Source of the DNA: Glaucostegus cemiculus
Lineage: Eukaryota
Assembly: GCA_976551045.1 (NCBI GenBank)
Contig: CDPCPM010000019.1
Coordinates: 6,138,001 to 6,202,000, forward strand
Reading direction: 5' to 3'
DNA: 64,000 nt
Below are positions 40,997 to 55,560 of the stretch, one piece after another. Position 1 is the first letter of the stretch. Each line of letters opens with the position of its first letter. The translations under genes were made by a program, and so were the position numbers. The notes under the pieces were generated by a model. That model was not told the DNA's origin. It searched no databases and was given only the letters and a program-made list of their open reading frames with translations.

Positions 40997-43900
40997 TTTT
41001 CTGTTTTATTGAGTCATCAGTGCAGTTTCAGGCTGAGTAGGTTATGTACTATCCCTGAGAATACTTTGTGGCCTGTCTTGCTATTTTGCCCCTGTTAAAT
41101 TATATCAGTAAGATTGTTCAAGTTTCCCTTGGGTTACCAATGTTACAGTTACAGAAATGGTGAGCTCTGTGACTGCCTTTACTATAAATGGTTATTTTCA
41201 TGGCTGTGCTCTTTGTGTTATTTCAGTTGACTAACTTTAGTTTTGCCTGTAAAAATGTGATTTTTTTTTTATCTCATTACTAATGCTATTGCTACAAAAA
41301 GCCCACCTTTTGAAACCATCTTACAAAATTGTACAGAAAGTTTAAATACCCTTAGTGATTATTTTCTATCTTAGCTGCTGTGTCAAGGATTTTGATTGTA
41401 AGTGTAATGCTGGCAACGTTTCTGGGGATATTGCCTTGGAAGAGCTGCTGAGCCTGATGCCTTACAAACCTTATACAATTGACAGTGAATTGTCTTGAAA
41501 TTTGCTCATATTCCTGCACATCCTATTTCCCTTCTCAGACAACCACCTTCAGTGACACCATTGATGCCAAAAATTGACAAAATAGTCTTATTGAAGCTTA
41601 ATTATAATCAGTTTTATTTCTTTTACACTTGCCATTATGGAGGTGGCAGCTTATGTTGGGTATAGTTCCACAGCTCTCAAGCTTTCTTTAACAGTACATA
41701 TAAACAGAGGAGGGGGAGTCAGATATTGTGTCACTATCACAACATGGTATATTTATCCATTCAACCGTCAGAGAACATAACTGTGGGTTATAAAAGATAA
41801 TCCTGATTATAGGTCTGATCAACTTGAAAATGTCAAGGAAAGGGAAAGCTGCTGAGTGAAAGATATCAGTTAAATTTACATGAATTTATGTGAATTTTAT
41901 GAACTTTAACTCCCCCCTCCTTATATAGTTAATTTGTTTTGACTTAAGTATCACATTTATACACTGCGTGACTGCTAAACATATTGTCTTATATATATTT
42001 ATTCTTAGAGTGGCCTAAAGGGTCTCAATGACTTTATCTGAATCCAATCTAATTATTGCATTAAGTATAAAGTTTTGGGTGTTGTGGCATCTTACTTAAT
42101 TAGTCAATATTTAACAACTGGAGTGATGCAGATTGAAATAAACTGGCCTCATAATTATAAATAACATTTTATGAAACTAAACATTTGAAATAGAAACAGA
42201 ACGCATCACTGATTGGTCAACATTGGAAGGAGGAAAAGCAATTTAATGTTTCTTACTGACCTTATTGGTAATTGCAGTTTTTCTTTGATTATTATAAACT
42301 AGTAATGAAGTAAAACCCATCAGCAGTGAAATCCGTTACCACAAAGACCTCTATGGTGCATCCATTTTTTTCTGAATCGTAGACAGTTTTTTTCACCTCC
42401 CATTGATGAAATTGCATCACTCTGACTTTATTTCATAACACGGTTATAATATATGTACAGAAGGAATTACCACATGCATTTCTCATGCTGAAATATTGGA
42501 GAACTCCTCATGCAGCAAGACGTACTGGAGTACTCCCTGGTGTATATTGATTGTGCAAAATGACAAATACCTAAGAGAAAATTACAAGGATATAAACCTA
42601 AACTTTGGGATTCAGGTGACTTGTAAATTGCTTGAGCTCTGTTCTTCATGGCTTATAATTTTGTCTGAGTCCCCCGGTGATGTTAGACTGCCTTGTAACT
42701 TTTTCCCACGTGGCTACTATTCTATGTTGTAGATTTCTTGAATCGTACAAATCAGCCTCTTAGCAATAAAAGGAAACAATGTACTGTAAATCTAAATCTA
42801 AATCATGTGTCCGTCTTAGTTGGTTGTTTTCCACAAATCTCTTATGTATATTAATTGTGAAACTGACATCTTAGGTCCAGGCAGCCACAGCTTTATCCCA
42901 GGGTGTCGAGAAAAAACATATTACAGCTGTTTGAAAGCTGATCTTAAGGTAGAATTAATTCTGCATGAATCCTAATTAATCCCAAATTCTGTAGTGACTG
43001 AAAGTATAACTGAGATTTTTTTTGCTAGGTTTCAAATAAATACTTTTTCTTGGTCGTCTTGTCTTGAATTTTTCTGAAAAGTTTTCTGCTATGAGATGTT
43101 TAAATCTGGAAAAATCTGGTTCATCCACTATGGGGAACAAGAATGTAATGCTGGAAAAATAAGAGAGGATTGTATCTCCTTTCTTTTTCACCCTCCTTGC
43201 CAATTTCCTAGTTCTCCCAGTAGGGTGATTCACACTTAGGTATATTTGTGTGGCCACCATTAGCTCTCCAGTTGTTGGCTAACACACAGGCATTCATGTG
43301 TATGCCTTGTTACTAAAAGTCAAAGGCTGCCTGTTTGATGGGAAAGGTGTTAAAGCTGATTTTGATCCTGGTTTCATTTAATTACCATATTTTCAAACAT
43401 TCCAGTAGGAATCACTAGATAGAAGTATGGGATACTTATCAGCAATTATGGTATCCTTGTTGCAAAAACAGTTCTCAGTTATTATATTTATAGCATTTGG
43501 GTTATTACAAAGTGTGGTATGTAGCTTTACAGTTGGGCATCAAACTAGAACTACATCATGCAGGTTTCAGTATGCAGTGAGCAAGAGATGGGTATTAAGA
43601 AAGCTTTTGAAAATAATGAAATATGTAAAAGGACAGATGGATATAAGAAGTGTGCTTCAGAGTGAGGAGCAAGATGACTGAAAGCCTGTCACTAATGAAG
43701 AAATAGGGAGGATAGAACACTCTGAGATCAAGGCTAAGATCAAGCACAGACAACATTTCAGACCTACCTATGTATTTCTGCATTAAGCAGACAGGCAACA
43801 TATTAGCCATGAGATGAACAAAAATTTAATTGGGATTAAAGGCAGATGTAATTGGCATGCTGAAGTTCAGGTGGACCATGTATATTTATTTGCCTCTTTT

Positions 43901-45179
43901 GTTTTAAGTCAGTAAAAGCTTTGAAGTAACTGAATGCTGTCAGTTTCATTGCACAAGTTCTTCCAAAGTATGACAATTGGATTATAAATCACAAGCAATA
44001 AACCTTGAGCAACTTGGTGTGTACATTTTCTAAGACCACAGAACAGACTTTGAAGGAGGCATTCCACCATTCAGAACTGAGTTACCATTTATTTAATCTT
44101 TTAATTAATTTATGTAGTTTATTTTAAACCATGATACACATCTTAAAACTGGTGCTGATTTGAACCTCCTAAATGCCGGAATGGCAGTAAGGCCAAGAAT
44201 AATAAAGAGAAACACAAGCAAGAAACGATAATGTGATCATAGTGAAAACTATTCCAGCCACACATTAATGGTATAGATGTATAAATGAAATAAACCTAAG
44301 TCATTGCACCCAATTTGTCACACTGTCTATTTTTCCTTTATTCCAAACAACAGAAAACTAAGTAAAAGAAGTGAGTGTGACTCGCCTCTCCATCTGTCTG
44401 CAGGCACTCTTGACACATCTAGATAAGTGCTGCACACCCAGAAATTTCCCCAGACTTTGATATATTTTGCTGAGCTTTATAAGGTCAGCATTTCCAACAA
44501 ATCTCCTTAAATTGAAAACCCATGGTGAAAGGTCAAGCCAAATAATTCCACTCTGGTTAAAGAGAGAAAACATGAAAGCAGGGTAAATTACAAAGTAATG
44601 AATAGTTGTCGAAAAACAAAAGACATGTAGTTAATAATCTCTTGTGGCCTCAGAAATGTCAAAATACATTGTGCAGCGAATTCAATAAAATGCAACTGCA
44701 GTAAATTAGAAAGCTACATTGATGGATTTAAGTAAGGAAATATGGGGGAGGAAATATGGGAGAGTGAACTGATTGGGCAGAATGGATTGGTGCTTGTAGA
44801 TGTCTTATTCAATCCTAACTGCTCATTTGGTGAGTGTAGCAGCTCTTTGGATGTCCTGCTAATGTGAAAAGAGCTACGTGAATATAAGGTCTTTCTTCCT
44901 CCTTGATAGCAACAGTCAGAATGTGGCTGTAGCTGGGTATAGGTTCGTGAGTAAATAGATCTAGAGTAAACATTTTAAGAGCTGTATGAAAGGAAGGAGG
45001 AAGAATGGTATTACTTAAGAGACTAGATTTTGCAATGAGGTGACTGAGGGTCTTGCTTCAATTAAAGATTAAGAAATAATTAAACAGGGATGGTAGGGTA
45101 CAACTCAAATGTATTCCATGAAATGAAAGAAAAAAGCAGATATATCAAAGGGCCAGGATTTCTAGTGTGTACAACACAT

Positions 45180-45960
45180 TAAGGACGTGCTTTGCCTCTA
45201 TTTTCGCTAAGGAGGACATGGTAATGGGATTGAGGAACCACTTCAAGTGGTGGAAGTTATTATTCAATAATTAAAATGCTACTCATTCCCATGATGGGTA
45301 GTTCACTAGGCCTCGTGCAGTTTATGTTCTGGAATTCTGAAGGAAGCTGGTCAACAACAGAACAAATTCCAGCTATCATCCTGAGGTAAGACAGGTAATT
45401 AGCTTGGAATATAATTTTTCAAATTTTGTGGAAAGGAAATGTGTGCCAGAAATTTCTCTCAAAAAGAAGTGGATTTAAGCCACAAAACTGGCCTGTAGGT
45501 GGAACTTCTTTAAAAAAAATTGACTTGAAAAGACATGAACAGAGAAGCGCTCAAATATCAGAAAGTAGAGATAAACAAGACTATCTTGAGCTATTTCAGA
45601 AGTAAGTGTTTAAAAAAAGGTAAAGTTGATGAGGGGTGGTGGGGGGAAGAGCAGTGGGTGGGTTCATTAAACAAAGTCCTGAAAGTGATCTTCAAAATTG
45701 TCGACGGTTTTGAGAGGATACATACTTGTGCTGATCCAATTGTTGGAGAGAAACAGCATGAAATTAAAATTATCACAAAAAAAAATTAAAATTACAAATT
45801 TGAAGATGACTTCGCACAGGAGGTGTTGGAATTTTCTATATGGGGCTACTGACCTGTTGCAGAAACCGATTCTTAATTCTTTTAAGATCTACTTAAAAAT
45901 AAAACAAAAAGAGTGTGAAGGATGAGAGAGATCAGACTTAATGGCTCACAGAGAAACAAA
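45180..45960 (+). mobile_element. Very degraded CR1 remnant
   Basis: tttgcctctattttcgctaaggagg, ttctgaaggaag and aagtgatcttcaaaattgtcgacggttttgagagg resemble CR1 ORF2 pieces in order. Confidence 0.45.
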
Positions 45961-46036
45961 GTTGGAGCTGGCATGAGAGACAGAAGCACCTGTGTCTACA
46001 GTGTAAGACACTGTAATAATGTATCAATAGTACATA

Positions 46037-46311
46037 TAAGATATCTTTATTAGTCACATGTACATCGAAACATACAATGAAATGAATCTTTTGCATAGAG
46101 TGTTCTGGGGGCAGCCCACAAGTGTCGCTAACATAGCATGCCTACAACTTCCTAACCTGTACTTCTTTGGAATGTGGGAGGAAACCGGAGCACCTGGAGG
46201 AAACCCACACAGACACGGAGAGAACATACAAACTCCTTACAGACAGTGGCGGGAATTCAACCCGGGTTGCTAGCGCTGTAATAGTATTATGCTAACTGCT
46301 ACACTACCATG
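46037..46311 (-). mobile_element. V-SINE with Rex1-like tail (second copy)
   Basis: Highly similar to 27945-28250 apart from a short internal deletion. Confidence 0.92.
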
Positions 46312-49300
46312 CATATGAGTTATTCAGTTATTGACACTCAGGCAGAGAATGCTGGGTGCTGTGAAATCGATAGGAATTGAAGATTGGGAATTGAGATGGC
46401 TGTGATTTGGTGAATAAAAATCATGCCATTGAAAGAATATGTTAGTGTAAAAGACTATGGGTCCTGACTTTTTTCCTAATGTCTTATTTTAAAATTTTCT
46501 GCAAAACTTGTTATTCTCTTGATTTCCTTTGTGTCAGTATTTGTTAACATTGATGACAAATGTATTTACTTGTAAGCAATAATCATCATTTCATAATTTA
46601 CACACTATACCGTCACAATGTTAAAATTTAACACAATACTAGCTCCTTGCAAGAACTTTCTAAATGCTGGGATTCTTTCCAAATGCTTACTCTGCCAAAT
46701 GCTTCATTGGGATTTTGAGGGGTTAATCTTGGTCCTATACGTTGAACTAGCTAATAATTGACAGGAAGCAACTGGCTGCTTTTGTCCTTAGCTTTTTGCG
46801 CAAACTCTCTCAAATGTATTGGGTTACTGTCCTTTCATAAATATGCTTTATTCAGTTGGAGGATGAACCTGGCAGTGAAACCATTACAAATCCTTTTTGC
46901 TTAATATTCTCATTTCATACTTTAAACATTTTATACTCTTAAAGTCATGTTCATGCTATTTTAGTTTAGATAGTTGTCATTTTTGAACAGCTGTTTATAA
47001 TTAAGTACTTGCCAATGGGAAAATCTGACACAAGTGGAAGAGAAACGTTACTGGGAACAGTTACTAACAAATTGTGGGTGCTGACAGTTCGGAAACACAC
47101 TCAGGTTTCAGACAAACTTGAATTTCTGGTTACCCCCAGTTTGTGATGCTTCTGGTAATATTTTATGGAATGTCCTGTGTATAAGTACATGTTATATAAA
47201 AACAAAAAAAAATCTGTCACGCTATTTGTAAAGTCATGGGAATCTCAATAAAATTTGGGATTTTAGTAATCCTATCTACTGTAGCAATCGTTTCTAATTG
47301 GCTTTGCCTACTGTGAATCTCAAATATTTGGAATGGGGAGGATTTAACATTCATTTTGGGCCAAAAAATTAGTCATTCTTTTCAGGGAAGAATTTGGAAA
47401 GCCAGATATTATACAGATAGTCGGAATACTTTAGAGTTTAAGATTAATGGCTGTAAATAAGTCAATATCATTTCACTTCACTATTTACGTATTACAGACA
47501 CACAGGTACATATGCACATATACTATATATTTATAGTGTGATATAATAACATTTAAAAAGAACAGCCCTTTGGCAAAAATTTTTAACATTACATAGATAC
47601 TTCAGTGGCATCTGAAGGAGTCCTTGTTGAGTGATAATATGCTTGAATTGTCAGGCAGCTGGCAATGCATCTCCTAGTGTGGTATTATTCTCTGTAATAT
47701 TTTGTTGCGAGTGAGCACTGTTTGTGTAGTGATCCACACGGAGAAAATATCCAGCCGGGGAAAGAAAGCATACTACTGTAGTTTGTAATTTTGACAAGAG
47801 AAATGAGGTGCCATCTTTACTAATGGACTGGAGGAAAAACTGCAGATACTGCAAAAATAGGTTAAAGTTCCAGGTATAACCCTGACTCAGGTGACAGGTT
47901 ACTGCTTTGAGCAGAAATAATATTGATAGTGTTATTATCCTGCTGGTACCAGTTTGACGCCAACACCCGTGGGTTCACATTCACGTGCGCTGCATGTTCA
48001 CAATGATCCAATGCCAGTTACATTTTTAAGATTGGCGCAATGCCCAAACTTTTTAAAGTTTGTGTTTTTTTTTGTCAGACGGCATCCATTGAGGGCCTGC
48101 TCAACTATCTACTTTGTGTGGTCTTCTACTGCTTACTTAATTTTGACTCTTTCATGAATGAATTAACTCTCTCATTATCATATTTTAATTCATTTGTGGG
48201 GTGTGGGCATTGCTGGTATTTCCTGTCCTTAATATTGATATTAATAGTAGCTATGATACAGCTAGACTATAAACAATCATTAATATCTATGCCTAAAATA
48301 ATACTTCTATTGTTAGAATTGCGTAAATGAATAAGGCTTTTAAAGATGATTGGTCTAATATGAATTTAATTTGCAGTCACCTTAAACACTTAATTTTTAA
48401 AATAATTTCTTGAATGTTACATCTACTTATGTAAAAAATACTACGTTTTTCCCTGATAATTTTTAACCATTGTCTTTTGCTACAAGCTCCCTTTAGTTTT
48501 AAAATCTGTTCTTTTCCAACAACCTTCATTTTCAATAACTATTTTCCTCAAGGTTGTTCAACATGACATTTTTTTACCAAGCATTTTTTCCCCAGAAGAA
48601 ATTACACTGCAGCATGTTTCAAGAAAATAGTAATACTTTATTGTCAATACCATTACTTGCTTCAAGATTCAGGCCATTAATCTTTTCTTTGAGTTGACCT
48701 TGTTTGCTGAGTTTGTGCTCGCCTTGATTCAAAGAGTGCCATTGGCAGAAGGGTTAATTCATTTCAGTTTTCTTGTACTACAAAAGATAATCCCTTTGAA
48801 TTGTTTTGGCTCAGTTTTTATGTCTTAATCCGACCCCTGATTCCTCTCATGCAGTGCTGTGTGACAAAACACTTCTTCCTGTCGCTGCATGCTAGCACCC
48901 TTGTCATGGCATGGGATTGGCCATGCGTGCAAGGACCACTCTTGTGACACTTCAGTGTGCTTGCTTTGTTATTGATCCTAAAACAGAGGACAGTGTCATT
49001 TTAAAGGTTATTTTCTTACGGATTTCAGTGTTGGCATTTTTATGTATGTACTTGATTACTGGGGATAAGCATATTGACATGTGAGATTTTCTTTCACAAA
49101 ACATTGTTCCAAACTCCTACTTTGACATACAGAAACTGGCAAGACCACCCAGGGCATGAAACCAGTCCTGATCAACCCAAACCACATTCGAATGCCTTTG
49201 ATAGTGAGTGATTTTCCTCACCTTTCTCTGCCTATTTTTGATTTGGCGGTTTATGTGTATTTTTTTTTGGTTTAATGCATCGTTCTCATTTCTTACTCTG

Positions 49301-52224
49301 GACAATCATTTCCAGAAATCATAATTAGCCAATTATCTGTATTTCCAAATCCCCTCTATTTATTTCAGTATTATGATACAGAAATTGACATCTAAGGTAC
49401 CCAGCATTAAGAAGGACAATGTTTTTTTTTACTGATTTATATACTTAAGCATGGCTTAATTTAGGTAGAAAATAATCTGCTAATCTTTCTTTAATTGTAG
49501 CTCAAATATCAATTGAGCAGCACATAATTATGTACCTTTTACTTCCATGCAAGTAAAGATTTTATATCCTAATTTCCAACCATAGTTCACATTCACTAAA
49601 GACCTGGCTTGTGGCCTTGCATGTTCATTTCTTATTTCAGATGTTAGATCTCACAGATGATGGACAATTTAATAAAGACAGGTGCATATTTTCCAGTGAT
49701 GCAAGAGGTCTCTGACCTTAGAAGCAAATTCCCAACTTGAATTTCAATTTTTAGAAAAAAATGCCATTTACTTGCAACCAAAAAGGTGCATTCTGTTACC
49801 TCTCAAAACATATAGAAAGATTTTTAAGCTATCTTTTATGTTTTTAACAAACTTCAAAAGTTTCTGGTAAAATTATAAATAAGCACTGCATTTGTTGAGG
49901 CAGGAATAGGTTTGTCAGAAAGATGTTGACCTCATTTTACTTTGAATTTATTGCTTTAAATATTGATGCTGTGAGAACTTGATTTAAGCTAAATCTATGT
50001 GTTATTTCTTCAGTTCCTCTTGCTATGCCTGTTTTTCTCAGCTAGCCTGTCAGTCTTCTATTGCCTGCTTTTTACCCTGGCAGCTTTTTGGCATTTTTTT
50101 TTGGTATGTGTTTCCTCCCATTTATAAGCTGCTACCTTTTTATGTTTCTCCCACACTGTCACATGTGGTTTTTGCTTATATTATGGGGCTGTGAGAATTC
50201 TGGGAACTTTTGTACAGTTTTCTATCTGCTGTTCATACCACAGTATGATTAGATAAGTTGCAATTTTAAATTCTTAATTTGTCTCTCCCGTTATTATCTT
50301 GGACTCTTGCTGCAGTATACTGTTGTTATTGATGCAGTTCTGCACTAAGCTAGTGGAGCAAGCAAACAATGAGATAGAAACCTTGCTGTCTTTTGCCTCT
50401 TTCCCATTGATTGGGTCTTTTGCGTCTTCACATGTCTATGTCTGATGACCTGACCAACATTGGTGACACCAGGGTAGGGAAGAAGAGACCAAATATCAGC
50501 TGAGTCAGGGATTTAAACCTGGTAGCCTAGCACATTACCATCACAAGGAAATTTTCTCCACATAGAATACTTACTCAAGCCCACTGCCCTATTTATTTCA
50601 GCTTTGGTTTTCTGCATTATGGGTATATGGCCTTCCACCTAGATTACCGGTTGGTAAGAAGTCAATAGAATACGATGATTCTAACACTCTAAGAATTAAA
50701 GCTGTATATACTGGATTTGAGAGGAGCAGTGGAGAGGGGGAGATGAGAGTGCACTGATGGTGGTTAACAAAGATGTTGAAGTAGATAACTTTTATTTGAT
50801 TATCCTTGGAAATCATGGAATATTTATATTATGCATCTCCGCACTTGGTTAATAGAGATAGGATACAGTTTGTGATAGGGTACAAGAAGTAAACTTAACT
50901 GCTAAGTAATCTTTCCTTTGTTAGAAGGTGGAGAAATTTTGGCCACTGCTTTAGTGGTCAGCTCTTTCGCAATTCTGTTTAACCCTCCAAAACCGCATTT
51001 GTTGACTTGGGCTTCACCCAAAAAGAATTTGCAACTCATATTTTCCATTTTTCTCATGACAGTCCTCTCATTAAAGGTGCTGTTGAAAAGCCAAGCCAAA
51101 GTATGTTCTGATGAAGGCTGTTGTAGAAATGAGAGCACTGTACTGAATATCATAGATTCTGATCCATGAAAAACATATTATGTAGCCAGCTTACAGTCTT
51201 ATTACAAAACGTACAAGTCCCAGACTTATAAAATACACCGTGCAATTTCTTGGCACTAGGGAAAAGAAAAACACACCATACAGCTCATAAAAACATGTAA
51301 AAACACACACTTGTTCCAGATATAAAGTAATTCCATGCCCCCACCTCAAAAATAAGTACACTCATGATTGATTTATTTTTGAATGTGAGCAAATTGGTAT
51401 GGCACTCATTGCTGGGCAATGAATAAACTGCTTTCTATTCTGCCTGCACAGTACTAATTTCAAATAGTCCTAGCTCAGCCATAATGCTTCATTCATGAGT
51501 TCTATCATATTAATTGGTGCAATGTTGAGAATCCATCTGGGTGCAATATGAGTAGGAACCCCTAGTTACAGTGACTGCTCTCAGATCAAGAAAATAGTTT
51601 GAGCCATGCTCAGTTGAAACCATATTCTGACATCCATTCACTGATTTTTAGGTTCCTGGTCAGAACTCTGTACATCTTACTGGGAATTCTTGAATGAAAT
51701 TCTCAGATTTACAGCAGTATTGAGTGCAAAAGCAGGGAATTTATGCGAAAGCACTATTAACCATTGGTGAAGCTTAATTTCCAAAGTTGGAGAACTGCTG
51801 ACAAGGTAGTTAGCTCTTTCCTAGCATTCGAATTGAAAAACAATGCATCAAGCCACTGAGTAGTTTTAAACTATTGGAAGTTGAAAGAACCATTTGTAAA
51901 CAAGCTGTAGTTATACACATCTGATGTCAAGCTGCACCACCTCTTCAAGATGGTATGCAACTGTTGCCAAATTACTGACTTCTTAAAAACTGGCACTGCA
52001 TATATTTGGCTTTGCCTACCAAACTTGCAATCTAATTTTGTGTCCTGTAGTAAAGCCTGACTCAGGAAAAAAAAACATCTCCACTCCCTCACAGTTGATG
52101 TTTCCGTTACAGAAGTTGTATCTCTTAACATAGAGGACTAAGGTTCTTTATTGGATGTTAGATTTAGGTAACGTCGTGTTCTGTCTCTGTATTGCTTGCA
52201 GCAAATCTTCATCCCTTTCAACAT

Positions 52225-52965
52225 CCACTGAAGAAAGAGAAAGGAAATTGGACTGTTGGATATCTTGTTCAAAGAGCCAACATGTACATAATGGATCAAA
52301 TGTCCTCTTATGTCTTATGATTCTATGAAAGCCTACAGTAGCTTTTGTGTTAATGTTCCCTATTGTATTTGATTCATTGCTCCAAAAACTTCTCTCATTG
52401 TAGAGACACTGTGGTGCAAGGAGCCATTCAGCCCACAGAGTCCATGCAGGGTCTACAGAGCAACCCAGTCACACCCATTCCCATCTCTGCTCATAGCCTT
52501 TTAGGTTTATTTCCCTCAAGTTCCTGTCCATTTCCTTCACATTGCACACACCCACCCACCTCTTGTAGACCACGTCAGGTCATTACCACTTGCTACATAA
52601 AGTCCTTCTGTCCAACCCCTTTCTCTCTTATCCAGAACTCAAATCTGTGTTCCTAATCCCTGTACCATCAGCTAATAGAAACAGCTTTTCTTTGTCCACC
52701 TGATCTAAACCTGTCACTTTTATCATGTCTCTCCTTAGCCATCTTTGCTTCAGTATGAACTACCTCAGCTTTTCCAATCTAACATTATTTTAAACAGCAC
52801 TCATTCATAGAACTCTTCTAATAAATCTCCTCTGCATCCTTTCATGACCTTCCTGCAGTGTGGTGATCAGAACAAAATGCAGTACTCTGGTTGTGGCCTA
52901 ACCAGTGGTTAAAAGTGCTTCCTCATAACCCCTCTGCTTTTGTACTCAAAGCCACTGAAAAGCCA
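52225..52965. mobile_element. Tail-to-tail CR1 3' fragments (+ ~52225-52330, - ~52400-52965)
   Basis: The + copy ends in tatgattctatga. The - copy has gccattcagccc and antisense LVRPQPEYCILF. Confidence 0.7.
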
Positions 52966-55264
52966 AGAATTCCATTGAAGAATTCCCAGTAAGACATGCA
53001 GAGTTCTGACCAGGAAATATAAATTAGATTTAAATGATATAAAGAAAGACAAATGAAATAATAGCTCAGGTTTTACAGAGAAAATATTGGCAGTTACCAC
53101 CTAGCTGTCAATATTTCCCCAAATAGATGACAACAATGCTGGAATTTCCACACAAATGCAGAAGTTCCAAAGTGGCTGCCAGCTTTTGTTTTTTTTCACA
53201 TTGGGCTCTGATATTGAACTTGCAGAATACAGCATAAGAACACAAAAATGTGTAAATTCCTCTCCACTTTAAAGCAAGTCTTCTTCATTGATTTCAGTGA
53301 GGAAAGGCTGTGAGAGATCACAGTAAGTGTTGATCTGTTTTGAATCGTTTGAACTATTTAAGTTGATTGAAATATTAGAGGTGTTTCAAAATTATTTTAA
53401 AATAGGTGAAACACCTTAATAGTCACTGAAAGCCTGAAACATTGTTTTTACCAGCTTTGACAGTTCGCTAACCTTGGGGGCTAAGTTTAATTAGTTATTG
53501 TAGCTTATTCTGCACCAGCATCCCCAGGATGCTATTTAAACTGTGCAAGGTCCTGATATTGACTGGATATTCAGGGTTAAAAGAGGGAATTTTCAAGCAA
53601 ACCTGCAACACAGTTGCAGACCTGCAGCACATTTATATATTTTTACCAGTCAGAGAGATGGCTCATTATTAAATAACCCTTATCACAACTAAGTAATGTA
53701 CATCCCCTAAATTTAACAACAGGCTTTTAATGAAGAACCACTGAGTCAATTAATCTTGTGGTAGATCTTGGTATTTTTATCAGCAGTTTATTGAACCTCC
53801 ACTTTCTAGCTGCACACATCTGAATGCCAGGGGTCGTTTTGCAAGTTAACCCATAATACTGGTGAAATCCTATAGACTCAACAATATTATTAATGCAAAA
53901 TTGAGGCCAGTGTTGAAAGACTAAAGAAGGATTAGAGTATAGCTTAGAACTTAGATATAAAACAGAGCATGAAAGTAAGAAAATTGTAACCAGAAGATAA
54001 AATGCAGTGTTCAGACAAGAGTTCACAAAACTCAGATGTGGAGACAGAGGAGTTTAGAATAAGTGGAGCAAAAAAAATGAAATAGTGAGTGAGAAGGAAG
54101 GGGAAAAAGTAGATCCAGGGATGGAAGAGCAAACAAGAATATTCTAGAGTGAAATGGAAGCAAGTATACTCAGCAATAAATGAGACAAGAGTAATCTCAC
54201 CAGACCAAGGAAGAAGCAGCATTGAAAAGAGCAAACTGCAGTAAAGATATTCCAATAGAAATTCATATATTTCAAATGTTTCTATATGAAGACAGAATTT
54301 GACCAGAGTCCATCAGCAGAAATAGTGTAGATCAGTTTAACAAGAATGTTTCAGTAATTTGCTCAAGCTTTAGTGTGATTTTGTGTGTGTGTGAATTTTC
54401 TCTCTGTAATTGTGGATTTGTGTGAATTCCATCATTGAATTGAATGTAGGATCTTTGGGAGGCTTCAAGCAGAAAATGGCTGTTTACTACTTTTTGGTGG
54501 ATTGAGCATGTAAACCTGATCTATTTTTAATGATGTCCGCATTTACCTATAGTTTCAAGTGTAACCCGGTTTTGTACCTCACCCCTTAAAAAACAAGAAA
54601 CATCTCCACACTTTCAAAATTATGTGATATTTTCTAAGAACAGTAACATTTTTGCAATATTCATTTCTTCATTTCCAAAAATTACTTGTATTTCTTATAA
54701 TAAATGTCTGATTCCAATTACTATCTGAAAAGATACCCCTGAGGAAACTCTGAGAATTGTAGTTTTATCAAGATTTGAACTTTTGATTAGGTGAAAGAAT
54801 GTAATAATTAGCCTTTTCTAAGAATGATAAAGATGAGGACAGTATGATGTTAACCAATACAAACTCAAACCACCGGCTGATTAAAGATGTTCATCTTCCT
54901 GAGATCTTAGTTACTAAGTAAGTTGTTTCTACTGTTTTTGAACTGTAGGTTCAATATTTGATATGTTGAATCAGCTGATATGGCAGGTGACAATAGGAGT
55001 ACTGTAGTCAGTCTTGAGACCACACAGGATGGAGAAATCAGCCACGTTCTTTATCCTAATTGATCTTCAATGTGGATGTAATATGAGGTCATTTTGAACT
55101 ATGATGCTTCCTGTGTACTATCAGCACTCACCATTTAGACTCTTGCACAATGGGTCATAGGATCAGTGCTTCTGGAAACACTACTTGATTTGGAGGCAAA
55201 AATTGAGAAAAGAAGTTAAATCATTTGAAGCGATGAGAGCTAAATCAATTGAAGCTTTTTGAAA

Positions 55265-55560
55265 ATTTATTCTCAGGATATGGACAGCAAGGTTAAGCCC
55301 AGCAACCATTACCCATCCTTTGCAGTGATTTTGGGATGCTTTATATGTAACAATTGTGTGAATTTCTAAGCCTTTTCAGATGGCAGCTAAAAGCTATCTA
55401 CATTGGTGTGAGATGTTTTGGGTATGTTTCCTTTTCTAAAGGATGATGGTAATCCATCACAACATTCCAGCAAAATCAAGGTTTAAAAATCACTTATCAG
55501 TAAACACTGATTTAAACTTTCAACTTACTGTGGTGGGGTTTGAACTTGTTGACTTGTTCA
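55265..55560 (-). mobile_element. tRNA-derived SINE sharing its tail with the 7235-8050 LINE
   Basis: Tail similar to ~7250-7300. Antisense B-box-like gtggtggggtttgaac. Confidence 0.5.

Noticed and set aside
50918-51169. ORF with CSDEGCC, faintly like the recalled human TCF4-H N-terminus
   Set aside because: No suitable nearby ATG or phase-0 donor, and the similarity is too short.
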